Below the pieces are notes generated by a model. The model was not told where the DNA came from, did no database searches, and saw nothing but the letters and a program-made list of their open reading frames with translations. A stretch of 64,000 nucleotides of DNA from positions 48,718 to 112,717 of the forward strand of contig CAVUSI010000001.1 of the NCBI GenBank assembly GCA_963744115.1, read 5' to 3'. Source of the DNA: an uncultured Chloroflexia bacterium. Its GTDB lineage: Bacteria > Chloroflexota > Limnocylindria > Limnocylindrales > CSP1-4. Made by a program: the position numbers and the translations under genes. Below are positions 36,563 through 46,501 of the stretch, piece after piece; the stretch's first letter is position 1, and every line of letters begins with the position of its first letter.

Positions 36563-37900
36563 CTAGACGGTCGGGCCGCTCACTTCGTTGCGTTCGGGCC
36601 GGCTGGCGGCGACACCGCCCACGAGGAGCAGGACCGCTCCGGCCAGGAGAACGGCGACGCCGGTGCCCCCGCCGAAGGGTCGCGCGTAGTAGGCGAAGGC
36701 CAGTCCGGCAAGCAGTCCGCCGACGCCGATCGGCAGGACGCCGGACCGGATCCAGCCGGGGACGGGGTTCTCGACCAGGTGAAGGACGAGGACGCTGACC
36801 ACAGCGGCGATGAGCAGCAGGTGCCCGAGGTTCGCGAGGCCCCATTCCGCGGTGTAGCCGACGCCACGCGACCCGAGGACCCCGTCGGTCGCCCAGGGCA
36901 GGATGAAGCTGACGATCGCCAGAGTCGACCCGCCGATGACCAGCCAGTCGGACATCCGGCGGGCTGCCGCACCGCTCTCGACCGCGGCGGGAGCACCCGC
37001 CACCACGGACGCTCCGTTCGCGGCACGGCCGTTCGCGGGATAGCCGGCGTAGGCGGTCCCGGGAACGGTGGCCCGGAACGGGTCCGGCCAGGCCGGGGCG
37101 GACGCCGGCGCGGCGGCGCGTCCGGTCCCTGTCACCGATGCCGGTCGCGTCGCCACCGGAGACGCGTAGGTCGCCGACGGGGCCAGGTAGGCACCAGCCA
37201 CGGACCCGCCGGTCGGACCCGTCCCGTTGGCGGACGTCGCAGGCGACGGCTCGAGCGGGGCACCGCCGCCGCCGTTCCGTTGTGCATCCGCCGGTCGTGG
37301 CTGCCTGGGCGGCTTCGGCGGACGCGTCGCCGTGGCCGGCGGAGCGATCGCGGCTGCCGGAGCGATCGCGGCTGCCGGAGCGATCGCGGCTGCCGGAGCC
37401 GTCATGGCCGCCGGAGCGATGGCGGCTGCCGGAGCGGACGCGACGACGGTGGCCGCCGCCGCGCCGACGGCGGGGTCGGACCAGCCGTGAAGGATGGGTG
37501 GCGCGACGTTCGGGACCGGTCCGAAGATCGACGTTTGGGCGTCGGCCACGGCGACGGTCGATGGGGCATCGGCCTTGGCCGCCGGCCGTGGCCGCGGCAG
37601 TCGCCGTGGAGCGCGCTTGACGGGTTGGGCAGGGGGTTCCGCGGCGGCGGGCGGACCGGGGTCGACCACGATCGGGGTCGGCGTCGGCACGGATCCCGTC
37701 TCCGGCTCCGCGCGACGGGCGGACGCGATCGGGCGGTCCTCGTCGACCTCCGGGAGCATCGGGTCGACGACCGGGGCATTCGCATACCGGCGGGTCGAAC
37801 CGACGACGGAGGCCAGCAACGTCCCACACGACTGACAGGACAGCCGGCCGGGCGCGACCGGACTCCCGCATTCCGGGCAGACGACCGACGTTGCCGTCAT
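36563..37900 (-). CDS. zinc-ribbon / Pro-Ala-rich linker / C-terminal multi-TM protein
   Basis: 445 aa. CPECGSPVAPGRLSCQSCG, about 300 aa of low complexity including (AAAIAP)n, then four hydrophobic helices. Confidence 0.7.
   Translation of the reverse strand: MTATSVVCPECGSPVAPGRLSCQSCGTLLASVVGSTRRYANAPVVDPMLPEVDEDRPIASARRAEPETGSVPTPTPIVVDPGPPAAAEPPAQPVKRAPRRLPRPRPAAKADAPSTVAVADAQTSIFGPVPNVAPPILHGWSDPAVGAAAATVVASAPAAAIAPAAMTAPAAAIAPAAAIAPAAAIAPPATATRPPKPPRQPRPADAQRNGGGGAPLEPSPATSANGTGPTGGSVAGAYLAPSATYASPVATRPASVTGTGRAAAPASAPAWPDPFRATVPGTAYAGYPANGRAANGASVVAGAPAAVESGAAARRMSDWLVIGGSTLAIVSFILPWATDGVLGSRGVGYTAEWGLANLGHLLLIAAVVSVLVLHLVENPVPGWIRSGVLPIGVGGLLAGLAFAYYARPFGGGTGVAVLLAGAVLLLVGGVAASRPERNEVSGPTV
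37341..37430 (-). repeat. 18-bp in-frame tandem repeat (three perfect and two degenerate copies) encoding (AAAIAP)n
   Basis: The plus strand has ggagcgatcgcggctgcc at 37341, 37359 and 37377, then the variants ggagccgtcatggccgcc and ggagcgatggcggctgcc. Confidence 0.85.
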
Positions 37901-37948
37901 CCAGTTCCTCCCGCGGTCATGCGCACCGATCCAGCGGCGCGGCGCGGT

Positions 37949-38870
37949 CTACAGGGTGCCACCGGACCCGGGGACCAGACCACCCACCCGATGGTCCCCC
38001 ATGACGGCCAGACTCCAGGCGGCACTGCGCCACGCCGCGACGAGCCCGGCGAGCGCGAGCGCGCCGGCCCAGACCGCGACGAACACGCCCACCGCCAGCG
38101 CGGTCAGGAGCGGCGACGCGCCGCCCAGCAGGGCCGATCGCGCCGCCGACCAGGCTGCGCCCGATGCGACCAATGCAGGAGCGATCAGGAGGGCGCCGGC
38201 GAAGACGGTCGCGCCGAGCACCTCCACGGCTCGGATCGGATGCCGCGCGGTCCATCGCAGCGCACCCGTCACCGAGCCGATCGTGCTCCGGTCCTCGGCC
38301 AGCGCACGGCGGATGCTGACCGAACCAAGAAGCTCGCTGGCGAGCCAGCCGACCACGAGCAACGCGACGACCTCGGGAGCCGAGAGAAGGACGCGGACGA
38401 CGAACGGCGCCTTCGAGTCGGACGGCAGGATGAGCTCCTGGTAGCCGACCTGGCCGAGACGGGTCGCCCCGAGCGCGATGGCCAGCCCGAACGGGACCAG
38501 GGCTGATCAGCCGGATCGCGCTCAGTGTCGCCAGACCGGGGTCGCGCGGTCCACCTGGTGGCCGCGGCACCACCGCCCGGACGAGCGCACGCTCGGCCGC
38601 GACCGAGATGACCGTGCCCACGAGGATCCAGGCACCCACGACGACGATCGTGGCGACGACCAGGCCGATGAACCGGGCCGACGGCCCGGCCGCAGTGACC
38701 GCGTTCGGGCCGATGAACGTGCTCACCCCCACCACGCTGGGGAGGACGATGATCGGAAGGGCGAGGATCACGATCCCGCCGCTTGCCAGGAACCCTGCCA
38801 GCGCGATGGCCCACAACCGCGGGTCGCCGATGACGCGGCTGCCGGCGCGACCGAGCAGACCGCCGGTCAC
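37949..38870 (-). CDS. polytopic membrane protein, reading frame interrupted near 38503-38509
   Basis: GTG 38870 (GGAG 3 nt upstream). One frame reads VTGGLLGRAGSRVIGDPRLWAIALAGFLASGGIVILALPIIVLPSVV...ATLSAIRLI. The adjacent frame continues SALVPFGLAIALGATRLGQVGYQELIL...LLVVGWLASELL... to the stop at 37949. Confidence 0.6.
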
Positions 38871-38880
38871 GAGCTCCGGT

Positions 38881-41800
38881 TCACGGCGCGGGGCTGATCT
38901 TGACCAATGCGTCGAGCTGGCGGAGGGCATCCTGGACCTTGGCCATCTCGACACCGTACGTCGCGAAGTCCCCGGCTCGGAGGGCAGCCTGGGCCTGCTC
39001 GAAGTGATCGTTCGCATAGGCGATCAGGGCGGCGACATCGCCCGACGGCGGGGAGGCGCCCGGACCCGGGGTCGCCGTCGGTGCCGGACTCGTGCCCGGG
39101 GCCGGGGTGGCGGTCGGGTTCGGGCTGGACGACGGACCGGGGCTGGGGTTCGTCGCCGGCTGGTTCGCGAGGAGCAGTCCGAGCGCCTCGGTCAGGGTCT
39201 TGCCCCAGACGATCTGGCGCGGCGTGGCCAGGATGATCCGCTGGAACTCGGGGAAGGCGCTGTTGGCGGACTGGAGGTAGACCGGCTGGAGGTAGATCAA
39301 GGCATCCTGGATCGGGACGACGATCAGGTTGCCGCGGATGACCTTGCTGCCGGCCTGGTCCCACAGGGTCGTCTGGGCGGCGATCAACGGATCGGCGTCG
39401 ATCTTGGCCTCGATCTGGGTCGGACCGAGGACCGACGTCGACTGCGGGAAGCGATAGACCCGGACGGTCCCGTAGTTCTGCTCGTCCATCCGCGCCGCGA
39501 TCCACGAGATCATGTTCGGGCGCGTGCTCGGGACCATCGGCTGGAGCAGCAGGAACTCGGGATCGGGCTCGCCGGGCATCCGCATGACGACGTAGTACGC
39601 CTCGTTCGGCAGGCTCTGCGTCCCGCCCGGATCCGGCGGCACCGTCCACAGGTCCTCGTTGTTGTAGAAGGCCGCCGGATCGGTGATGTGATAGCGCGCG
39701 TACGTCCTCGTCTGGGAGTTGAACATCTCCTCGGGGACGCGCAGGTGAGCCTTCAGGTCGGCCGGCATCTTGTCGAGTGACGTGAACAGGGACGGGAAGA
39801 TCTTCTCGTAGGTCCGGACGATCGGGTCGTTCGGGTCCGAGACGTAGAAGGTCATCTGGCCGGTGTAGGCGTCCATCACGATCTTGACGCTGTTGCGCAC
39901 GTAGTTGAACGTGTTCTCGGCGAGGTTGCTCCCGGCCGGCAGCACGCTTGTGTCGAGCCACTGGGCGTTCGGGAACTTGTCGCTGACCGTGTAGGCGTCC
40001 TGGATGTAGACCAGCCGCCCGTCCGCGGTGACGACCATGTACGGGTCCTTGTCGTACGTCAGGAACGGCGCGATCCGCGGCAGGCGATCGGCGATCGAGC
40101 GATGGAACAGCAGCTGGCTGTCGGCGGTGACCTGGTCGCTGATCAGCAGGTTGAGGTCCCGGAAGCGCAGGGCGAACAGGAGCCGGGACAGCGTCGTGTC
40201 GAGCTTGACGCCGCTGGTGCCCGACCAGCGCGTCGTCTGGCCGGGCTCGACCTGACCGTTCGCGGCACTGACTCCGACCGGGTAGTCGAACTCGCTCTGG
40301 CGGGCGCCGGTGATGATCCAGTCGCTCGGTCGCTCGCCGAAGTAGATCCGCGGCTGGGTGACCGTCGGCGCACCGGCCAGCGACGTCGACGGCAGGTCGC
40401 GGATGATCAGCGACGGCTGGCCGCCCTCGGTCGCCTCGTTGACCGGGACCATGGCCACCCCGATCCCGTGGGTGTAGGTGATCCGCTGGTTGACCCAGGT
40501 CCCGCCCTGGGGGTTCCGTTCGGGTGCGAGCTCACGGCCGGACAGCATCACCTGGCGCTTGCTGCCGTTGATCTCGTAGCGGTCCGTGTCGACGTCGGTG
40601 AAGATGTAGTACTGGCGGACGGTCTGGAGCTGGTCGAGCGAATCCCGCAGCGGACGGTAGTCCCACAGCCGGGCGTTCTGGAACGTCGACGCCTCCTTGA
40701 CGACGTCCGCCTGGGTCAACGGGGCCTCCCCGCCGTAGTCGCGGCGCTCCCATCTCGCGATGTCGAACGAGGTCCGGGTCATGTTGATGTTGTTCGAGAT
40801 GTAGGGCGTCTCCTTGTTGAGCTGGTCGGGCTCCACCTCGAGGCGCTGGATGAGACTCGGGTAGACCGAGCCGAGGACGATCGACGCGCTGAACCACAGC
40901 AGGACGACGGCCGCCAGCGGCCACATCGCGTGGGTGAACGCCCCGATGACGAGGAACGCGGCGGCGAACGCCGAGACCGCGGTCAGCACGTCGTAGGCCA
41001 GGAACCGGGCGTTCTGGTCGGTGAAGCTCACGCCCACGAACGTGCCGCCCTGGGTGCTGTAGACGAGCTCCAGCTTGTCGAGCTGATAGCCCCAGGCGAC
41101 CGACAGGAGGTAGAGCCCGCCGAGCACGGCCAGGTGCACCCGCATCGAGGTCGTGAACACCAGACCGCCGCGGATGCCGGCCAGCAGGTATCGCGCGAAG
41201 GTCAGGACGAGGGCCGCGATCAGCAGGCTGTTGAGCGCCGTCTGGAGCGAGTGCAGGAATGGCAGCTCGAACAGGTAGAAGCTCACGTCGCGCCCGAAGA
41301 TCGGGTCCGTGACGGGCGGCACGCCGGCGGGCGAGTACGGGACCTGGTTGCGCCACAGCTGGACCGTCTCCCACTGACCGGCGGCCGACGCGGCCGTGGC
41401 CAGGGCGATGATCACCGCGACGCCGATCAGCACCCAGCGGATGATCGGCACGAGGTCCGGCATCTCGTCCGTGTCGAAGCTGATCGTCCGGACCGGTCCC
41501 TGTCCGAAGCCCGCACCGGCGAACGTCGCCCGCGTGCCGCCTCGACCGGCTCGGCCATCCTCCACCCCGAACGCCTCGCCGAGACGGGCAGCGAACTCGC
41601 CGATCGCGCCCATCCGCTCCGGGTCGGGCGGCGGCGCCAGGCGCCCCGCCAGCCAGATGTTGAACCCGAAGAAGGCCCCGACGACGATGAGGACAGCGAT
41701 GAACAGGACGACCTGGGTCCCGAGTCGGGTGTAGAACACCGAATCGAAGCCGACGCTGCGGTACCAGATCGCGTCGGTGACCAGGTCGAGGACCACCCCG

Positions 41801-42180
41801 GCCAGGGTGACGACCGCGAAGATCGCCAGGAAGACGACGGCGATCACGATGCCTCGGGCACGGTCGCGTCTCCGCGGCGCTCCGTCGTCGGGCCCACCGA
41901 CCCGCACGGGGCGCGGCCGGCGCGGCCCACCGGGTCCGCCCGCGCCCGGGACGACGCGCGGTCGATCGGGCTCACGGTCGGGTCCGTCCCGATCGTCCGC
42001 GTCTCGGTCGTGCTGGTCGACCTCGTCCCCCTCGGGATCCCGGGAGGCTCGGTCATCGTCGTCGTCGGTCGGACCGGGACGGTCGGCGGTAGCCGGTCGG
42101 GTGGCTGGATCCTGGCCGGCGGAGAGCGCCTCCTGCCGACGGCGGATCTCCTCCATGAACTCGTCCCAGAGGTTCTTCAC
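38881..42180 (-). CDS. UPF0182-family large membrane protein
   Basis: 1099 aa. Acidic N-terminal extension, about seven TM segments, then a large extracytoplasmic domain (AIWYRSVGFDSVFYTRLGTQ, NARLWDYRPL, VMRMPGE...FLLLQP, VYRFP). Matches the actinobacterial UPF0182 architecture. Confidence 0.85.
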   Translation of the reverse strand: MKNLWDEFMEEIRRRQEALSAGQDPATRPATADRPGPTDDDDDRASRDPEGDEVDQHDRDADDRDGPDREPDRPRVVPGAGGPGGPRRPRPVRVGGPDDGAPRRRDRARGIVIAVVFLAIFAVVTLAGVVLDLVTDAIWYRSVGFDSVFYTRLGTQVVLFIAVLIVVGAFFGFNIWLAGRLAPPPDPERMGAIGEFAARLGEAFGVEDGRAGRGGTRATFAGAGFGQGPVRTISFDTDEMPDLVPIIRWVLIGVAVIIALATAASAAGQWETVQLWRNQVPYSPAGVPPVTDPIFGRDVSFYLFELPFLHSLQTALNSLLIAALVLTFARYLLAGIRGGLVFTTSMRVHLAVLGGLYLLSVAWGYQLDKLELVYSTQGGTFVGVSFTDQNARFLAYDVLTAVSAFAAAFLVIGAFTHAMWPLAAVVLLWFSASIVLGSVYPSLIQRLEVEPDQLNKETPYISNNINMTRTSFDIARWERRDYGGEAPLTQADVVKEASTFQNARLWDYRPLRDSLDQLQTVRQYYIFTDVDTDRYEINGSKRQVMLSGRELAPERNPQGGTWVNQRITYTHGIGVAMVPVNEATEGGQPSLIIRDLPSTSLAGAPTVTQPRIYFGERPSDWIITGARQSEFDYPVGVSAANGQVEPGQTTRWSGTSGVKLDTTLSRLLFALRFRDLNLLISDQVTADSQLLFHRSIADRLPRIAPFLTYDKDPYMVVTADGRLVYIQDAYTVSDKFPNAQWLDTSVLPAGSNLAENTFNYVRNSVKIVMDAYTGQMTFYVSDPNDPIVRTYEKIFPSLFTSLDKMPADLKAHLRVPEEMFNSQTRTYARYHITDPAAFYNNEDLWTVPPDPGGTQSLPNEAYYVVMRMPGEPDPEFLLLQPMVPSTRPNMISWIAARMDEQNYGTVRVYRFPQSTSVLGPTQIEAKIDADPLIAAQTTLWDQAGSKVIRGNLIVVPIQDALIYLQPVYLQSANSAFPEFQRIILATPRQIVWGKTLTEALGLLLANQPATNPSPGPSSSPNPTATPAPGTSPAPTATPGPGASPPSGDVAALIAYANDHFEQAQAALRAGDFATYGVEMAKVQDALRQLDALVKISPAP

Positions 42181-42229
42181 GTCGCCCGGAGTCTACCCTG
42201 CGGCGCTCCGAAGGGCCGTCGATCGCTGC

Positions 42230-42688
42230 TCAGGGTCTGGCGAGGCCTTCGATCGCCCGGCGAAAGCCGGCCAGGACGGTGTCGGCGAGCTCGTTGGGAC
42301 GCATCGCGGCGGCCCGCATCGGCTCCCACTGGAACGCTGCTCGGACCGCGACGGGCGAGCGCCACGGTTGGATCGGGTCGTCCGGCTGGGCCACCTGGGC
42401 GAGCCGGATCGAGAGGCGTCCGTCGGCCTCGAGGATCAGCCCAGACAGTGCACCGGTCAGGGCGGGTCCGAGGCGCGTCAGCGGCGGGTCGGGGGGCGGG
42501 CCCGCCGCTGGGGCGAGGTCACGGAAGCTGACGACGCCGTCGTCGTCCGCGACCCACAGGATCGACAGCCACCAGCCGTCGTCGAGGGTCGACGGTCGGC
42601 TCATCCCCGCACGCAGGTGGCGGCCGCCGATGGCGACATCGTGCTCGCGGATGAACGATGGTCCAGGAGGGCTGAGCCGGGTCGGCAT
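42230..42688 (-). CDS. hypothetical protein
   Basis: 152-aa ORF with non-junk composition (DDGWWLSILWVADDDGVVSF...). The opposite-strand ORFs are Arg/Ser/Gly junk. No family recognised. Confidence 0.5.
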   Translation of the reverse strand: MPTRLSPPGPSFIREHDVAIGGRHLRAGMSRPSTLDDGWWLSILWVADDDGVVSFRDLAPAAGPPPDPPLTRLGPALTGALSGLILEADGRLSIRLAQVAQPDDPIQPWRSPVAVRAAFQWEPMRAAAMRPNELADTVLAGFRRAIEGLARP

Positions 42689-42766
42689 GCAGCGAGGATA
42701 GTCGGGCCGCGCGAACCGGGGCGGTGGTCCGCGAGGCGGCGCGAGCCGGTCAGGCCCCTGGCACGC

Positions 42767-43396
42767 TCACGTCGGTCCCGGCCGGCCGGTCGGAGCTCGC
42801 GGTCGGGTCGGAGCTCGCGGTCGGGTCGAGCTCGCTGCCGGGTCTGCGGCGCCCTCGGGCTCGTCGGGGGTCGCCGCTTCGCCCACCGCGAGATGCGTGG
42901 GGTCCTTCTCGGGGACCCCGGTCTCCATCGCCTCCGCGGCGGCGGCGTCGTCCAGATGCGCCTGGATGGCGGCGGCGGCCGTAGTCGGGTCGGCGTCCGG
43001 CGCCAGGACCATGTCCGCCGTGATCGATCCGGCCTCGGCGGCCAGGTCGGCGATCAGCGCGGCCCGCTCGAGGCGGAGCATCTCCCGGCGGACCTCGATC
43101 GGGGGGAGGTCGAGCGATCCGGGCGGGGCGATCGGCTCGGTGGCGTCCTCGTAGTCGAGGTCGCCGCTGATCCACGACATGATCCGGCTCTTCTTCTGCG
43201 GCGCTCCCCGCCGGAAGGCGAGCTTCTCGAGGTCCACTGCGGTCAGGCCGGGGAGCTGCTTGTCGACCTCGCCGACGAGGTTGGCCTGGCACGACGGGCA
43301 CGTCTTGGCCGTGGGATCCGGGAGCTCGGCGGAGCACCACGGGCAGCGCGACAGGGACGGAGCGATCGCAGGCGCGTCTTCGGTCGGTTCAGCCAT
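42767..43396 (-). CDS. zinc-ribbon protein, acidic, with short C-terminal tandem repeat
   Basis: CPWCSAELPDPTAKTCPSC near the N-terminus. The C-terminal ...TRPRAPTRPRAP is encoded by an 18-bp tandem repeat. Confidence 0.65.
   Translation of the reverse strand: MAEPTEDAPAIAPSLSRCPWCSAELPDPTAKTCPSCQANLVGEVDKQLPGLTAVDLEKLAFRRGAPQKKSRIMSWISGDLDYEDATEPIAPPGSLDLPPIEVRREMLRLERAALIADLAAEAGSITADMVLAPDADPTTAAAAIQAHLDDAAAAEAMETGVPEKDPTHLAVGEAATPDEPEGAADPAASSTRPRAPTRPRAPTGRPGPT
42789..42842 (-). repeat. 18-bp tandem repeat (two perfect copies and one degenerate) at the 3' end of the zinc-ribbon gene
   Basis: gtcggagctcgcggtcgg occurs twice (42789-42824), followed by gtcgagctcgctgccggg. Confidence 0.8.
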
Positions 43397-43403
43397 GGCC
43401 GGA

Positions 43404-43409
43404 ATGCTA
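43404..43409 (-). promoter_or_regulatory. -10-like box TAGCAT, 7 nt upstream of the ATG at 43396
   Basis: The minus strand reads TAGCAT-tccggcc-ATG. Confidence 0.4.
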
Positions 43410-43422
43410 GCGCGTCCGTCGA

Positions 43423-43437
43423 GGGGGTTGATCCCCC
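43423..43437 (-). terminator. short stem-loop GGGGG-aucaa-CCCCC, 8 nt downstream of the guaA stop
   Basis: The plus strand reads gggggttgatccccc. 5-bp stem and no U-tract, so weak. Confidence 0.25.
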
Positions 43438-43444
43438 GAATGTC

Positions 43445-45220
43445 CTACTCCCACTCGATCGTGGCGGGGGGTTTCGAGCTGATGTCGTAGACGACGCGGT
43501 TGACGCCCGGGACCTCATTGACGATGCGCGACGAGATCCTGCCGAGGACGTCGTAGGGCAGCTTGGCCCAGTCCGCGGTCATCCCATCGTCGCTGGTGAC
43601 CGCCCGGATGGCGACGACGTTGGCGTATGTCCGGCCGTCGCCCATGACGCCGACCGAGCGGACGGGCGTCAGGATGGCGAACGACTGCCAGACGCTGCGG
43701 TACAGCCCGGCCGCCTTGATCTCGTCGATGACGATCCAGTCGGCGTCCCGCAGCGTGTCGAGCCGTTCGGCGGTCACCTCGCCGATGATCCGGATCGCCA
43801 GCCCGGGGCCCGGGAACGGCTGGCGCTGGACCATCGCCTCGGGCAGGCCGAGCTCGATGCCGACCGTCCGGACCTCGTCCTTGAAGAGGTAGCGAAGCGG
43901 CTCGATCAGCTTGAACCGCAGGTCCGCCGGCAGTCCGCCGACGTTGTGATGGGTCTTGATCTTCTGGGCGGTCTTGGTCTCGGATGTCGCACTCTCGATG
44001 ACGTCGGGATACAGCGTCCCCTGGGTCAGGAAGTCGATCCGACCGAGCTTGGTCGCCTCCTCCTCGAACACGCGGATGAACTCGTCGCCGATGATCTTCC
44101 GTTTCTGCTCCGGATCGATCACCCCGGCGAGACGGGCCAGGAACCGCTCGCGCGCGTCGACCATCACCAGGCGCATCCCGAGGTTGAGCTCGAAGGTCGC
44201 CCTGAGCAGCTCGGATTCCTTCTTCCGCATCAGGCCGTGGTCGACGTAGATGCAGGTCAGCCGGTCACCGACGGCCCGATGGACGAGCGCCGCCGCGACC
44301 GCCGAGTCCACCCCGCCGCTGAGGGCGCAGATGACCAGCCCGTCCGAGCCGACCTCGCGAGCGTGCGCGTCGACCCGGGTGCGGATCTCGGCGACCGTCG
44401 AGTCGATGAAGTTGGCGGCGGTCCAGGTCGGTTCGATGCCGGCGATGCCGAGGACGAAGTTGCGCAGGACGTCGCGGCCGCGCGGCGTGTGGACGACCTC
44501 CGGGTGGAACTGGATCCCGTAGAGGTTGCGACTCGGGTCGACCAGGCCGGCGAACGGGGTCGAATCGGTCTGGGCGGTGGAGTGGAACCCCTCGGGCAGT
44601 CGGGTGATCGAGTCGCCGTGACTCATCCAGACCGGCTGGTCGCGGTCGATCCCGCTGAACAGGCGGTCGTCGGCGGTGATCGTCACGGTCGCCGGGCCGT
44701 ATTCCCGCTTGGCGACCGGGAGCACGTCCCCGCCGAGCTCGAGGGCCATCATCTGCGCCCCGTAGCAGATCCCCAGCACCGGGATCCTGCCGCTCCAGAT
44801 GGCCGGATCGGGCCTGGGCGCGTCGGTGTCGTAGACGGACATCGGGCCGCCGGACAGGATGATCGCGCGGGCGTTGCGACGCTCGAGCTCGGCGAGCGGC
44901 GTGTCGTGCGGAAGGAGCTCCGAATAGACGTTCAGCTCGCGGACGCGGCGGGCGATCAGCTGGGCGAACTGGCTGCCGAAATCGAGGACGACGACGGTGG
45001 CCGGTTCGCCGGCGGAGGTGCCGTGCGGTGCGCCACCGCCCGGGCGATCCCCCGGCGATCGGTCGGGTCCGGGAGCCTTGAGCGCGGTCTCGAGGTAGGC
45101 CTCGACCTCGGCATCGTCGGGGGCGAGGACGCGATGCCCCGCGTTGGCGACCTCACCGTGGACGGTCTTGCCGCGGTCCCGGACCGGCGGAGCGTCCTCG
45201 GGCGTCTCCACGTCGCTCAA
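43445..45220 (-). CDS. guaA: GMP synthase (glutamine-hydrolysing)
   Basis: GATase: [29 protein letters not shown]-PPase: SGGVDSAV. C-terminal IEWE. TTG 45220 has GGAGGG 6 nt upstream, giving about a 70-aa N-terminal extension. Confidence 0.95.
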   Translation of the reverse strand: MSDVETPEDAPPVRDRGKTVHGEVANAGHRVLAPDDAEVEAYLETALKAPGPDRSPGDRPGGGAPHGTSAGEPATVVVLDFGSQFAQLIARRVRELNVYSELLPHDTPLAELERRNARAIILSGGPMSVYDTDAPRPDPAIWSGRIPVLGICYGAQMMALELGGDVLPVAKREYGPATVTITADDRLFSGIDRDQPVWMSHGDSITRLPEGFHSTAQTDSTPFAGLVDPSRNLYGIQFHPEVVHTPRGRDVLRNFVLGIAGIEPTWTAANFIDSTVAEIRTRVDAHAREVGSDGLVICALSGGVDSAVAAALVHRAVGDRLTCIYVDHGLMRKKESELLRATFELNLGMRLVMVDARERFLARLAGVIDPEQKRKIIGDEFIRVFEEEATKLGRIDFLTQGTLYPDVIESATSETKTAQKIKTHHNVGGLPADLRFKLIEPLRYLFKDEVRTVGIELGLPEAMVQRQPFPGPGLAIRIIGEVTAERLDTLRDADWIVIDEIKAAGLYRSVWQSFAILTPVRSVGVMGDGRTYANVVAIRAVTSDDGMTADWAKLPYDVLGRISSRIVNEVPGVNRVVYDISSKPPATIEWE

Positions 45221-45254
45221 TCGCCACCCTCCGCTCAGCCGCCTGGTGGCGTCC

Positions 45255-45260
45255 AGTCTA
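45255..45260 (-). promoter_or_regulatory. -10-like box TAGACT, 34 nt upstream of the guaA TTG start
   Basis: The minus strand reads gggTAGACTgga. GGAGGG SD at 45227-45232. Confidence 0.35.
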
Positions 45261-45360
45261 CCCGGGCGGACAGGTCGAAGCGGCGCCAGGGGTTCGGCGG
45301 CGCCGGGTCGGCGACGATCGTCGCGTGTCGGCGGGCCGGCTGCCGGCTCGCGACCGAGGG

Positions 45361-46395
45361 TCAGCCCGGGGTGTCGGTCCCGCTCGGAGTGGCCGCCGGC
45401 TTCGGCTTGGCGTCCGTCCGCGGCTTCCCGGCGGCGACCCAGGCGGCGTCGAGCGATCCGTCGGCGTTCTTCGTCCCGACGGCCGACAGTTGCATCCCGA
45501 CGTCGACGTCGTCCAGGCCGGGTGTCGTGGCGCCACGAACGAAGAACTTCGTGGCCGCGCCGATCTGGATGGTGGCCTTCGACCCGTCGCGCTGCTTCAC
45601 GGTGATCGTGTCCTTGGTCTTGGACAGGACCTCGCCGCCGACCCGGTCGAGCCGGACCTGGATGCGGACGGTCGAGGCGGTGAACGCATCGCCAGGGCCC
45701 TCGGTCCCCGACACGACGACGGCCGAGTCGACCTTCAGGTCCGACTTCTTGCCGTCGGTCGGTCCGAGCTTGAAGGTCGTCGATCCGGTCAGCGTCACGG
45801 TCCGGGTCGTGCCATCGCGCAGCTTGACGGTCACGTCGTTCCCGTCGATGGCGCTGACCGACCCGGCGACGACGGGCAGATAGACGCTCAGCCCGGTGAC
45901 GGTGTAGGTCCCGTCGGCGTTGTGCTGCTGGCGCAGGATGACCCGGTCGCCGACCTTCAGGTCCGCGACCGTCGCCGCCTTGCCGTCCTTGTCGATCTTC
46001 GTGTCGGAGCCGACGGTGACCGTCCGGGTCCAGCCGTCATCGGTCTTCAGTCCGATCTTCGATCCATCGATCGAGTCGATCGTGATCGACCGGCCGACCG
46101 TCGCACCGAACCCACCGCGCGGACCGGCCAGCCCCAGGCCGCCTCCGCCGCCGAGGAAGTCCCGCAGGCCGAGCAAGGCGCGGGGAAAGCCGGATCGATG
46201 ATCGGCCTTGCCTGGGGCCGCGCTCGCCGTAGAGTCGGCACCCGGCCCGGTCGGGGCCGGCGAGGCGCCGAGGACGACGACCGCGCTGAGCGCAAGCGCG
46301 AGGCACGCTCCCACGACGACCCCGATCCGGACGAGGTCGAGGGCGCGACGGGATGGGTCGCGATCGGGCGTGCTTTCCGGTGTGCTCGCGGTCAT
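45361..46395 (-). CDS. secreted protein with repeated DUF5666-like beta domains
   Basis: ATG 46395 preceded by GGAGGAACC. TM/signal [21 protein letters not shown]. Repeated pattern: G.V.SIDG..ITVK..DG...TV.V...T. Confidence 0.7.
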   Translation of the reverse strand: MTASTPESTPDRDPSRRALDLVRIGVVVGACLALALSAVVVLGASPAPTGPGADSTASAAPGKADHRSGFPRALLGLRDFLGGGGGLGLAGPRGGFGATVGRSITIDSIDGSKIGLKTDDGWTRTVTVGSDTKIDKDGKAATVADLKVGDRVILRQQHNADGTYTVTGLSVYLPVVAGSVSAIDGNDVTVKLRDGTTRTVTLTGSTTFKLGPTDGKKSDLKVDSAVVVSGTEGPGDAFTASTVRIQVRLDRVGGEVLSKTKDTITVKQRDGSKATIQIGAATKFFVRGATTPGLDDVDVGMQLSAVGTKNADGSLDAAWVAAGKPRTDAKPKPAATPSGTDTPG

Positions 46396-46501
46396 GGTTC
46401 CTCCGAGGGTCGATGGAACGCACTCTAGCGCGGGATGGGGACCGGGCACGAGAGACGGGGGGCCAGCGGGGACCGAAAGCGGTGCGTCGGAGCAACCACG
46501 G

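Noticed and set aside
37341-37430. Tandem repeats here and at 42789-42842 and 56101-56196, considered as possible CRISPR arrays
   Set aside because: The units are 18 bp, directly abutting with no spacers, and in-frame inside coding sequences. No cas genes are present.
41777-45883. 1368-aa plus-strand ORF (and the 981-aa ORF at 46208-49153)
   Set aside because: These are antisense to UPF0182, guaA, the DUF5666 gene and the TAP-like peptidase. They have no motifs and extreme Arg/Gly/Pro content.
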